A DNA stretch of 64,000 bases from positions 80,554 through 144,553 of the forward strand of contig JAEOUA010000001.1 of assembly GCA_016839555.1 (NCBI GenBank). Reading direction: 5' to 3'. A program made the position numbers and the translations under genes. Source of the stretch: Promethearchaeota archaeon (GTDB lineage Archaea; Asgardarchaeota; Lokiarchaeia; Sigyniarchaeales; SOKP01). Below the pieces are notes generated by a model, which saw only the letters and a program-made list of their open reading frames with translations, made no database searches and had not been told where the DNA came from. Shown in pieces: positions 36,420 to 46,129 of the stretch. Position 1 is the first letter of the stretch; every line of letters begins with the position of its first letter.

Positions 36420-38896
36420 GTGAAAAATTGGATGATATTTTTAAGGAATTTGAAGATGTCTTTTTAGGTAGAGAAAATGAGATAAAAAAATTCCTCTTAA
36501 AATATAAAAAAGATGCCTTTATAAAGCAAGATGTTATCAATGTAGAAAGAATTGATGCCACGTATAGGCTTGAGACCTCAGGATATAGAAAGAATTTATC
36601 TATGTGGCAAAATTTTTATAAAAATCTTATTGTTAGCGTATGCATGGAAATTAAGCGCAAACAAAGACGTTTTGATTACAAATTCTTTTTTACTGAAGAA
36701 AAACTTGATTCAGAACTATTAGAAAAAGTAGAAGAGATTATTAAAGAAGTAAATAAATTAAAAGCTAGGGCAAAATTTTCAGAAGCGTTAGAGAAAATAG
36801 ATTTAATAGAAGAAATGGTAGCTGATACACAAGATAAATATTTTAATGCACAATTGAGGAATCTACGCCAAGAAATTAAAATTGCTGAAGAAGATTATAA
36901 TAAAAAATTACAAAGAATAAAAAACTTAGAGTCTGCATTAGAAGAAGAGAGGCAAAAGCAAAATTATGATAAGGCATTAGATATTTGTGAAGAAATTGTA
37001 ATCATTGCAGAATCAATCAATCAAAAACAAGTACAAAAAAAATATGAAGATCTAATTCAAGAATTAACTAGAGAAAAAATTAAAGGACAAATTAATAAAT
37101 TAAATGAAAAAGCTGAGGAAGCCAGAAAATCCAAAAAGTTCAAAATAGCAATAGATTTATATAATCAAATTATAAAGCTAGCAGAGTCTGCTGGATTAAC
37201 TGAAGAAAAGGAGAAATATACTAAAAAAATAGAAGAGACTAATCGTGAACTAATTAAAAAAGAAATTAATGAATTAGAACAAAAAGTTGATAAAAATAGA
37301 AAAGCAGGAAGACGTTTTGTTGCGATATCTAATTGTAATGAAATCATTGAGCTTGCAGAGTCAATCAATTTAACTGAGATTAAAGAAAAAACTCTTCAAA
37401 AAATCGATGAAATTAAAAAAGAAATGGATCAAGTAAGAAAAAGAGAAGAAATTGAAAATAAAATCGCTATGTTGGAGAAGGAATTTGCAGAGAGTAAAAA
37501 AAATGAAAATTATGAAGAATCTTTAGAAATTACTTTAGAAATTATTGAATTAGCTAGTTCCATTGATGATAAAGAAACTTGGAAAAAATATACCCAAATA
37601 AAAGATGAAATAATAACAAAATTAGAAGAAAAAGAGAAGTCAAAACAACAAGAAATTATTGAAGATAAAATAAGAGACTTAGAAGCACAAATAGAAGAAA
37701 ATCGAAAATCAAATAATCTTGAAAATATTATTATACTTTCAAATACAATAATAGAACTCAGTGATTCGATTGAAAGGGATGATATTAAAAAACAATATCA
37801 AGAATTGATAGAAAAAATCAAAAAAGAACTCGAGCAAAAGAGAAAGAAAGAACAAACTGAAGATATTAAACATAAAAAAATATCTGAGCTCCAAAAGATT
37901 ATTAATGAAAGAGTCCAAAAAAAGGAAAAGGAGCAAGAAGAATTATTTAATAATGCTAAAAAATTCGAGGATATGATTCAGCTAGAGGAAAATGTCATGC
38001 TTATCATTGAGGAATATTCCGTTGATGAGATTATAGGAGATATTTCTGATGATATAAATCAGATAATAGAAAAATTAAATATTTTACTTAATGAGCATAG
38101 AGTCGAAATAAAGGAAAATATTAAAAGTGAATCGGTTTTAATCAGCGCATCAGGAGAAATTATAGAGTTAGATGATGAAATTAAAGTGGAAAAAGTGGAA
38201 GAGGAAGAAGAAACAATATTTAATGTTACATCGGGGTTTGAAAATCCATTTGATGATATGATTGAAGAAGCAATTATTACGGATTTAATTCCATATAATT
38301 TCGCAATCAATAATGTAGAATTTAATGGAGAGGAAGTTAAAGAATTAAATAACACACTTTTATTAAAAGATGGGCTCGAAGTGAAATGGCAATTAAAAAA
38401 TATTAATAAAAATGAACGCGTTGATATTAAATATGATTTAAGAAAGAGAATATCACGAACAATTCTATTTTTACTCGAAGATCAAGTTAAAATTTTTAAA
38501 ACTCATTCAAAAATTAAAGAGTCTATACCAAAAGTAGAGGGTCTTTACGATGCTAAAATGCCTTTTAAGAATTCCTATGATAAAGCTTTAAATGGATTAG
38601 TAATAGAAGATATTATTCCACTTTATTATGTTCATACTATACGAGAACCCACTGTATATTTACCTCAAGAGAACGAAACAAATCAAGGAAGTATGGTAAA
38701 ATGGAATATCGGAAAATTAGAACCTACTAAAATTAAGTACCATTATAAATTATTAGAGTTGTATAAATTAGAAGAATTAAAAGCTTTAATATATAAATTA
38801 GATAAAGAAGGGTTTGCAGCTCTTAAAAAAGATGAAATAATTGAATCACTAAAAAAATATAATGAAATCACCAAGATATTGAAAGACTTTATCTAA
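36416..38896 (+). CDS. Large repeat protein: helical-hairpin/coiled-coil repeats + C-terminal beta-sandwich-like (DUF11/CARDB-like) repeats
   Basis: There are 5-6 units of 58-69 aa. Each contains x-Y/F-x-x-A-L/I...I-I-E-L-A-E-S-I, as IVIIAESINQ, IIKLAESAGL, IIELAESINL, IIELASSIDD and IIELSDSIER. The C-terminus has two segments of the form ITDLIPYNF...VKWQL and VIEDIIPLYY...VKWNIGKL. Confidence 0.7.
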   Translation: MSEKLDDIFKEFEDVFLGRENEIKKFLLKYKKDAFIKQDVINVERIDATYRLETSGYRKNLSMWQNFYKNLIVSVCMEIKRKQRRFDYKFFFTEEKLDSELLEKVEEIIKEVNKLKARAKFSEALEKIDLIEEMVADTQDKYFNAQLRNLRQEIKIAEEDYNKKLQRIKNLESALEEERQKQNYDKALDICEEIVIIAESINQKQVQKKYEDLIQELTREKIKGQINKLNEKAEEARKSKKFKIAIDLYNQIIKLAESAGLTEEKEKYTKKIEETNRELIKKEINELEQKVDKNRKAGRRFVAISNCNEIIELAESINLTEIKEKTLQKIDEIKKEMDQVRKREEIENKIAMLEKEFAESKKNENYEESLEITLEIIELASSIDDKETWKKYTQIKDEIITKLEEKEKSKQQEIIEDKIRDLEAQIEENRKSNNLENIIILSNTIIELSDSIERDDIKKQYQELIEKIKKELEQKRKKEQTEDIKHKKISELQKIINERVQKKEKEQEELFNNAKKFEDMIQLEENVMLIIEEYSVDEIIGDISDDINQIIEKLNILLNEHRVEIKENIKSESVLISASGEIIELDDEIKVEKVEEEEETIFNVTSGFENPFDDMIEEAIITDLIPYNFAINNVEFNGEEVKELNNTLLLKDGLEVKWQLKNINKNERVDIKYDLRKRISRTILFLLEDQVKIFKTHSKIKESIPKVEGLYDAKMPFKNSYDKALNGLVIEDIIPLYYVHTIREPTVYLPQENETNQGSMVKWNIGKLEPTKIKYHYKLLELYKLEELKALIYKLDKEGFAALKKDEIIESLKKYNEITKILKDFI

Positions 38897-38932
38897 GATA
38901 GAAACCTTGCTTTGTTTAAATATTCTCTATTT

Positions 38933-39409
38933 TTATCCTCTTAAAGTAGCTATGATTGTTTTTTCATCCAATAAAAAATCTATCGCATCATTAGGATTGG
39001 TAAAAATGACATCCGCATTCATTAAACTTTTCCCACTTGCTCCCTCACTTCCTATTATTAGAATTCCCAAAGCTGCATTTTTAAGCATTAACATGTCATT
39101 ATTGCCATTACCAATTGCTATTGTATTTTCTTTTCCCAATTTTAATAATTCTTTATTTTTTGCTTCTGCATCTGTTTGATTTCCTGTATTTATTCTAATA
39201 TATTTAGAATCTAATTTCTTAGCCAATTCATTTAAATTACCACGCGTATCTGATGATATCAGAAAAATATTATAGTGCCGTTTTAAAGCTCTAAATTTTT
39301 CTATTAATTTATTTGAGATTTTTCCATTAAATTGTAGGGTGCCATTGATATCAAAAATGATGTTGCTTATTTCAAGTAAACCAAAATGAGGAATATTAAC
39401 TTTCTTCAT
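38933..39409 (-). CDS. HAD-superfamily hydrolase (COG4087 soluble P-type ATPase-like / KdsC-like)
   Basis: Motif I-like IIFDINGTL and motif IV GNGNNDMLMLK. 158 aa. Confidence 0.7.
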   Translation of the reverse strand: MKKVNIPHFGLLEISNIIFDINGTLQFNGKISNKLIEKFRALKRHYNIFLISSDTRGNLNELAKKLDSKYIRINTGNQTDAEAKNKELLKLGKENTIAIGNGNNDMLMLKNAALGILIIGSEGASGKSLMNADVIFTNPNDAIDFLLDEKTIIATLRG

Positions 39410-39447
39410 ATATTTTCAAGTTTTCTATAATTAATTAAATTTTAATA

Positions 39448-40989
39448 TTGGTTATTTTTAATAACATTGTAATGTCTAAAAAACAAAAAATAAATCAAGT
39501 AATATTATTAATTATTGATGATGTAAAATCTTCACAATTCTTTGAATTATTAGATGGGGGAAAGCTTCCCAATTTTAAAGAATTAATAGAAAATGGATCT
39601 TTCTGCAAAGATTGCATAACTTCCTTTCCGAGTGTAACATTTCCTTGCTATCCTAATATCATTACTGGAGCATATTCGGGATATTATCTAAAAGAAGGAA
39701 GCGGAATTCCATCTTATCATTGGGTTGCCCGAACAGACCCTCCCTCTATAAAGAAAAAACTACCATTTATACGAAACTACTCAATCGGTACTCATATATT
39801 TAAAATAGGTTCCGATTTGGGGGATAATGTGAAGACTATTTTTGAACAGGCAGGCGAAGGAAACTTTCTCAGTTCTTTAAATATCGTATATCGCGGCTCT
39901 TATATTGTACCTCCCACAACATTTAATACGGAGAATGTTTTCAAAAATATCGAAAAGGCGTTTATCCAGCCCGAAAAATTTTTCGAAATAAGGGAAGTTC
40001 CCAAGATAACAGTAGGATATATTCCTAAAACGGACGAGTTATTGCATGATTTTGGATTTGATCATCCAGACTATATAAATGAGATATTGAAATGTGATAA
40101 ATATTTTGGTTCTCTCATTAATGTTTTAAAAAAAGGGGGATATTATGATTCAACCGCATTATGTATAATCTCTGATCATGGAAACTATAAAGTTAAAAAC
40201 CTCTATGATCTTGAACCTTTTTTCGAAAGAAAAGGACTTATTCCTTATAATCCTAAAAAAAAAAGGGGCGATTTTGATGCTAATTTTGGTTCTATAGGTC
40301 ATTTTAATTTTCCAGGTGATACATGGCATCATCATCCAACAATAAACCAAATGAAAAATTTTTCTCCAAGTGGGAAAAGTAATAAATTGAATTTATTTGA
40401 AACGCTTTGGGAGATTCCGGGAGTTAAATTAATGTATTATAGGGATGATGAAAATACGCCAGAACGAGGTAAAATTTATATCAAAGAAAAAAGTGAAAAA
40501 GATGGAAAATTAAGAGAAGGATTAATTGAGTATAGAGGATTCGGAAAGGAATTAGAGACTAAATATACTTTTTATGATGAACATGAAATATATGGTTATG
40601 AAAAAAGTGAAAAATCTGCAACATTACTTGATAATAATTTTCATAATATAGAGGATTGGCTTTCTGGGACGTATAATATTGATTTTCCAATGGTTAGTGA
40701 TCAAATTTCACGCTATTTTAAAAATCCTCGTTGTTGCGATATTTTAATATCCACTAAAGGAGAATATGGGTTTAATTATGAGCATGGGGAAACTAAAAAC
40801 GAACATGTCTATTCACATGATATTGGATTAAAGAAATCTATGACTGTACCGATGATAATAGGAGGGTCACAAAATATTCCTCAAACTGAATTGACCTACT
40901 GTAAAACAACTGATATTGTTCCTACTCTTTTAAATCTGTTAGGAATTACACCACATAAGAGCGTGATTGGAAAAAATCTCTTTAAATAA
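39448..40989 (+). CDS. Alkaline-phosphatase superfamily phosphodiesterase/nucleotide pyrophosphatase-like protein
   Basis: LLIIDDVKSSQF (metal Asp), FPSVTFPCYPNIITG (nucleophile Thr region) and ISDHG. The real start may be the internal MSKKQK. Confidence 0.75.
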   Translation: MVIFNNIVMSKKQKINQVILLIIDDVKSSQFFELLDGGKLPNFKELIENGSFCKDCITSFPSVTFPCYPNIITGAYSGYYLKEGSGIPSYHWVARTDPPSIKKKLPFIRNYSIGTHIFKIGSDLGDNVKTIFEQAGEGNFLSSLNIVYRGSYIVPPTTFNTENVFKNIEKAFIQPEKFFEIREVPKITVGYIPKTDELLHDFGFDHPDYINEILKCDKYFGSLINVLKKGGYYDSTALCIISDHGNYKVKNLYDLEPFFERKGLIPYNPKKKRGDFDANFGSIGHFNFPGDTWHHHPTINQMKNFSPSGKSNKLNLFETLWEIPGVKLMYYRDDENTPERGKIYIKEKSEKDGKLREGLIEYRGFGKELETKYTFYDEHEIYGYEKSEKSATLLDNNFHNIEDWLSGTYNIDFPMVSDQISRYFKNPRCCDILISTKGEYGFNYEHGETKNEHVYSHDIGLKKSMTVPMIIGGSQNIPQTELTYCKTTDIVPTLLNLLGITPHKSVIGKNLFK

Positions 40990-41063
40990 ATGGATAAAGC
41001 TTTATTCTAGATTTTTTAATAAAAACTATTTTAAATAACATTCATTTTACAAATTGAGAAAAA

Positions 41064-41522
41064 ATGGAAAAAGATCGTAGAAAAACTATATTTTCTGAAG
41101 AAGAAAAGAAATTAATCCAATCATTAAAACAAGAACTTAGGTTGATGGGAATACCCCGAAATGAATGGGCGAGTTATATTCAACAAGAGCTTACTTATCA
41201 TAGAAATAAGAAAAATCGAAAATCACCTTTGAAAAAGGAATTGGGAGTTTTAGGCTTCTTTAAAAAAATCTGGGATAAGATAATTAGCTTCTTTTTTAAA
41301 TCAGCAATAAAGAGATTTACAAAAGATGGAGATTTTATTGAACAATTTCAAAAATATCTTGAAGAACCCTACCAATTTTCTGAAGAAGAAAAAAAAATTG
41401 TGGAGATGTTAAATCCTCAAGTATATTTTAACAATGTTAGCGATTTAGGGAAAGGAAGAGGAACATTTAAGAAAAAAGGAGAAGAAACAATAGTAGACTT
41501 TGATGATGAGATGACTGATTGA
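41064..41522 (+). CDS. Hypothetical charged protein
   Basis: 152-aa ORF. No family recognised. Confidence 0.4.
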   Translation: MEKDRRKTIFSEEEKKLIQSLKQELRLMGIPRNEWASYIQQELTYHRNKKNRKSPLKKELGVLGFFKKIWDKIISFFFKSAIKRFTKDGDFIEQFQKYLEEPYQFSEEEKKIVEMLNPQVYFNNVSDLGKGRGTFKKKGEETIVDFDDEMTD

Positions 41523-41792
41523 ATTCTATTTTTTTTTTATTTAATTTTATCTAAACTTCATAAAGAAAAAATAATGAATTTTTAATAATTTTAATTGACA
41601 TCAAGTTTAACTTAAATTTCATAAAACATTTAAAATTTCTAAATTATATCTTTCTATTAATTATAATGATTAGATATACTTTTAATTTAAGAATTATAAA
41701 ATTATCAAAATCCAAAAAACTTTTTATGTGAAAACATTTTTTTTCCTAAAAATTTAATATATATCTAACATAATCAACTGAGCTAAAAGAAA

Positions 41793-43097
41793 ATGCAGAT
41801 TGATTCTTTAGTAGAGCAATCGAATAATAATATAAAGGTTATTAATAAAATAAAAACAAAAAATTACATATCTTGGATAGATATAATGAGGGGGATTGGT
41901 ATTATAATTATTATCTTCCATCATGTGGGATTAAATGTTTTTCTAGGGTCAGGGGCTTTATCATATGAGTTTTACGATAATATCCTTTATTATTCAGTAA
42001 TACCTGTTTTTATTTTTTTATCAGGATATACTATGTATATTAATTATAATGAAATTAGTAATTATAAAACATATTTCAAAAAAAAATTTAAATATATAAT
42101 TCCCAATTATCTTATATGGGGAATTCCCACCTGCTTTTTTTTCTTACTATTTACGTTATCTTCTAATTTAGATTTTATTTCCTTATTAATAACTACTGTT
42201 TTAAGTGTATTAACAGGAAATATATGGATAATTTATTTTATTTATGTTATAATTCAGCTCTATATTATCTATCCCTTGATATTAAAGATAATAAATAGAA
42301 TAAAAAAACCATTTATTTATTTTATAATTTATATCTTATTACTTTTAATTATCTTCATCATCTCGATCTATTTAATTGATGTGGCATCACTTTCGAAACT
42401 TGCTTTAAAGATTCCACTAAATCAACAGGCAAATTTGAATTTATATATTTTAAGATATACTCCAATATCAGTTACTTATCTAGAATATCTTTCAATTTTT
42501 ATTTTTGGTATATTATGCGCTAAATATAAAAGTAATATTTCAAATTTGAAGCACCATAAAGCAATAATAGTTTTATTGGTTCCCATCTTTATCTTGCTTT
42601 ACTTTACTGTGAGTGGATATCACGTAAATCCTGTAATGTGGACATCATCCTCCCAACCAGTAAAGATATACCCGAAATTCGAAGAATATTTTGGATGCTT
42701 CCTAAATATTATAGCACAACTCATCTACCTTTTTATGATATATTCATTTTTTTCCAAAATAAAATTCTCTAGTAATACGATTGAAAAAGAAAATATTGAA
42801 AGAAGAAAAGTTAATGAAAAAAGTATAAAATTGAAATTTAAGAGATTAAATAATAAAATAAAATTAATTCTATGGAAAGTAGGAATATATTCAGCAGGTA
42901 TCTATTATATGCATTTTTTTACTCTATACTTTTTCTTATCAATTCAAAATCTAATATTGTCCAAATTAATCCCAAATCTTTATATTCTATTTTTAATAAG
43001 ATTTTTCGGGTTATTGTTTCTTATAGCTATATCCTATCTATTAGTTAATTATTTAAGTAAAAATATAAAGAGGTCAAGATATATAATCGGTGTTTGA
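41793..43097 (+). CDS. Acyltransferase family 3-like polytopic membrane protein
   Basis: N-terminus WIDIMRGIGIIIIIFHH, followed by about 10 TM segments. This is typical of Acyl_transf_3. Confidence 0.6.
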   Translation: MQIDSLVEQSNNNIKVINKIKTKNYISWIDIMRGIGIIIIIFHHVGLNVFLGSGALSYEFYDNILYYSVIPVFIFLSGYTMYINYNEISNYKTYFKKKFKYIIPNYLIWGIPTCFFFLLFTLSSNLDFISLLITTVLSVLTGNIWIIYFIYVIIQLYIIYPLILKIINRIKKPFIYFIIYILLLLIIFIISIYLIDVASLSKLALKIPLNQQANLNLYILRYTPISVTYLEYLSIFIFGILCAKYKSNISNLKHHKAIIVLLVPIFILLYFTVSGYHVNPVMWTSSSQPVKIYPKFEEYFGCFLNIIAQLIYLFMIYSFFSKIKFSSNTIEKENIERRKVNEKSIKLKFKRLNNKIKLILWKVGIYSAGIYYMHFFTLYFFLSIQNLILSKLIPNLYILFLIRFFGLLFLIAISYLLVNYLSKNIKRSRYIIGV

Positions 43098-43177
43098 AAT
43101 AATCACTATAATTATTTATGAAAGATTCTATTTTATGAATTTTTTAAATTTAAATTAAAAAAAAACCATTTTTAATA

Positions 43178-45976
43178 ATGAAGTCTAATAAAATTGTTTT
43201 GGTTCCAGAAACTCATTGGGATAGAGAATGGTATCTTCCTTTTCAAGAATTTCGAGCAAGACTAGTTATTATGATGGATAAATTATTAAACATCTTAAAA
43301 AACGATCCTGATTATGCAAACTTTACTTTTGATGGACAAACGATACCTATTGAAGATTATTTAGAAGTTAGACCAGATAAAGAAGAAGAAATTAAAAATT
43401 ATGTCCAAGAAAATCGTCTTTCAATAGGTCCATTCTATGTCTTAGCAGATGAATTTCTGGTTAGTGGTGAATCTCTAATAAGAAATTTAATGATTGGACA
43501 TCAAATTGCAAGAGATTATGGTCGGGTGATGAAAGCTGGCTACATTCCGGATCCTTTTGGTCATTGCGCTCAATTACCTCAGATCTTGAAGGGTTTTGAA
43601 ATTCCTTCTGTATTATTCTGGAGAGGATTTGGTAATGAATTTGAGGAAAATAATTTGAATATGGAATTTAACTGGGAATCTCCTGGAAAGGCAGCTACTC
43701 TCTTGGCTATTCATCTAATTTCAAGCTATGGGTCTCTTGCTGATCTTAAAACCAAGAAAGTAAATGGAACTTATAAAAGGGCATTGCGTAGCATTAGACG
43801 AATAGTATCGCAATTAGAAAAGTATACTGCTACACCTATTATTCTACTTAATAATGGTTCTGATCATGATGAAGCACAACCAGAAATACCAGAGATTATC
43901 CAACAATGGAATAAAAAAAATCCTGATAAAAAAATAGTGCAACGGGATTTTGAATATTATATAGATAAGGTGCTTGAATATAATCCTAAATTAAATACAT
44001 ATCAGGGAGAACTAAGGGGTGGAAGATATGCTCATCTTCTTTCCGGTGTATTTTCAGCTAGGATGTGGATTAAACAAAGAAATACTAAAATCCAATATCT
44101 TTATGAGACGTATGCAGAGCCTTTAAGTGCCATAACATGGGTATTAGATAATAAAGGAGAATTTGATTATCCATCTGATTATATTCAAACGGGATTGAAA
44201 TGGTTAATCAAGAATCATCCTCATGATAGTATATGTGGATGTTCTATTGACCAAGTACATGAGGAAATGAAAACAAGATTTGATTGGGCAGAACAAATAG
44301 GCAAAGAAATTATTAAAAATTCTGTAGGTTATTTGAGTAGCTTAATTCAAACCTCAACTGACAATAAAGATTTAATACCATTAATTGTATATAATCCTTT
44401 ACCTTGGAAAAGAAAAGATGTGGTAATTTTTAATGCAATAACTCCATCAAAAAATAAAAGTCACTTTCCTACCAATTTTACTTTAATTGATTATAAAGGG
44501 AAGGAAATAAAATACCAAGGATATTTAATAGTAGAAGAGCCAAGATATGACCAAGAATCCAATATTAGTGGAACATTTACCTTTTTAGCAGAAGTTCCCG
44601 CTTGTGGATATAAAAGGTATTATATTAATCCAAATCAAAACCCATCCTATTTAAATGAAAAAGAAAATGAGTTGACCTCGAATTCAAATGAAAATTCTAT
44701 AGAAAATGAATTTTATAAGATAAAAATTAATAATGAAGGAAATATTAAAGTTTTAGATAAAGAGACAGGAACTTGGTATAATCAAATATGCTTTTTCGAA
44801 GATAAAGGTGATTGGGGAGATGAATATGATTTTTCCGGGCCAAATGATAATCAAATAGATATAGAATTTACATCTGATAACGCGATTATTTTAAAGGTTT
44901 CTAAATTACTTGATGGACCAATTTATAAGTCAATTACCCTAAAAAATAATTTAAAACTACCCATTTCTCTAACCGAAAATAGAGAAAGAAGAGAAGACAT
45001 TTTTATAGATAATAATATTGAAGTTAACATTTCTCTTTATCAAGGGATTAAAAGAATTGATTTTAAGATTAATGTTGAAAATAATAGCAAAGATCATAGA
45101 TTAAGGGTATTATTTCCTTCTAATATTAAAACTGATAAAATGTATGCTGATGGACATTTTTATATAATACCCAGGCAAATTGAATTGCCAAGTGGAAAAA
45201 ATTGGGTTCAGCAACCTCTTCCTACAAATCATCAAAAGGATTTTGTTTCCATTTCAGATAATAAGAGATGTTTTTCTGTTATTAACAAGGGGCTTCCCGA
45301 ATATGAAGCAATTAAAAATGGGGATGGCACTATTACATTGGCTATCACATTATTAAGGTGCGTTGAATGGCTTTCAAGAGATGATTTTAAAACTCGAAAT
45401 TCTCACGCAGGTCCTCAATTAAGAACTCCTGGAGCACAATGTTTAGGAAATCATACTTTCGAACTCTCCTTAGTAATAGAAGGAGCAAAAACCAATTGGT
45501 TGGATGCAAAAATTCATCTAAAAGGGAAAGAGTTTAATAATTCATTAATGCCAGTATTTCCATCCATGATTAATTCTGATCTGAGATTGATGGATAAAAT
45601 AGTTCTTAATCCAACAGGAATATTATCCTTATATCTGGAATCCAGCAAAATGGAAAGAAAACCTTTTTTGCCCCCAATATTAAGTTTTATTGAAATAGAT
45701 AATAAAGCGGTTTTAATAAGCGCCTTGAAAAAGGCGGAAAATAGTAATAGTTTGATCCTCAGAGTTTATAATATATCTGATAAAAAACAAGACACATCTC
45801 TAACGTTGTGTGACTCAATTAAGGTAAGTAATGTTTCAATAGTAAATTTCTTGGAAGAAACTCCTAAGCATCATATTAAAGCAAATGTAGAAAAAAAGAC
45901 CAATCACCAAATAAAGCTTAATCTAGGACCACACGTGATTGCAACATTAAAAATTGATTTCGAATTTATAACATGA
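43178..45976 (+). CDS. Glycoside hydrolase family 38 (alpha-mannosidase / mannosylglycerate hydrolase-like)
   Basis: N-terminus LVPETHWDREWY, IPDPFGH and HPHDSICGCS. 932 aa. Confidence 0.85.
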   Translation: MKSNKIVLVPETHWDREWYLPFQEFRARLVIMMDKLLNILKNDPDYANFTFDGQTIPIEDYLEVRPDKEEEIKNYVQENRLSIGPFYVLADEFLVSGESLIRNLMIGHQIARDYGRVMKAGYIPDPFGHCAQLPQILKGFEIPSVLFWRGFGNEFEENNLNMEFNWESPGKAATLLAIHLISSYGSLADLKTKKVNGTYKRALRSIRRIVSQLEKYTATPIILLNNGSDHDEAQPEIPEIIQQWNKKNPDKKIVQRDFEYYIDKVLEYNPKLNTYQGELRGGRYAHLLSGVFSARMWIKQRNTKIQYLYETYAEPLSAITWVLDNKGEFDYPSDYIQTGLKWLIKNHPHDSICGCSIDQVHEEMKTRFDWAEQIGKEIIKNSVGYLSSLIQTSTDNKDLIPLIVYNPLPWKRKDVVIFNAITPSKNKSHFPTNFTLIDYKGKEIKYQGYLIVEEPRYDQESNISGTFTFLAEVPACGYKRYYINPNQNPSYLNEKENELTSNSNENSIENEFYKIKINNEGNIKVLDKETGTWYNQICFFEDKGDWGDEYDFSGPNDNQIDIEFTSDNAIILKVSKLLDGPIYKSITLKNNLKLPISLTENRERREDIFIDNNIEVNISLYQGIKRIDFKINVENNSKDHRLRVLFPSNIKTDKMYADGHFYIIPRQIELPSGKNWVQQPLPTNHQKDFVSISDNKRCFSVINKGLPEYEAIKNGDGTITLAITLLRCVEWLSRDDFKTRNSHAGPQLRTPGAQCLGNHTFELSLVIEGAKTNWLDAKIHLKGKEFNNSLMPVFPSMINSDLRLMDKIVLNPTGILSLYLESSKMERKPFLPPILSFIEIDNKAVLISALKKAENSNSLILRVYNISDKKQDTSLTLCDSIKVSNVSIVNFLEETPKHHIKANVEKKTNHQIKLNLGPHVIATLKIDFEFIT

Positions 45977-46129
45977 TTCCCAATGATTAGAGTATTTAAT
46001 TTTCAATGTCATGAAAATGTCTAATAGACCTTAAATGTTTAATTAATCCATAAAGCGATTAGTTATCATGGTAAGGATCTTCAAATTTTAATTAAATGAT
46101 TGCTTTAATAATCTAAGGTGAATTAAAAT

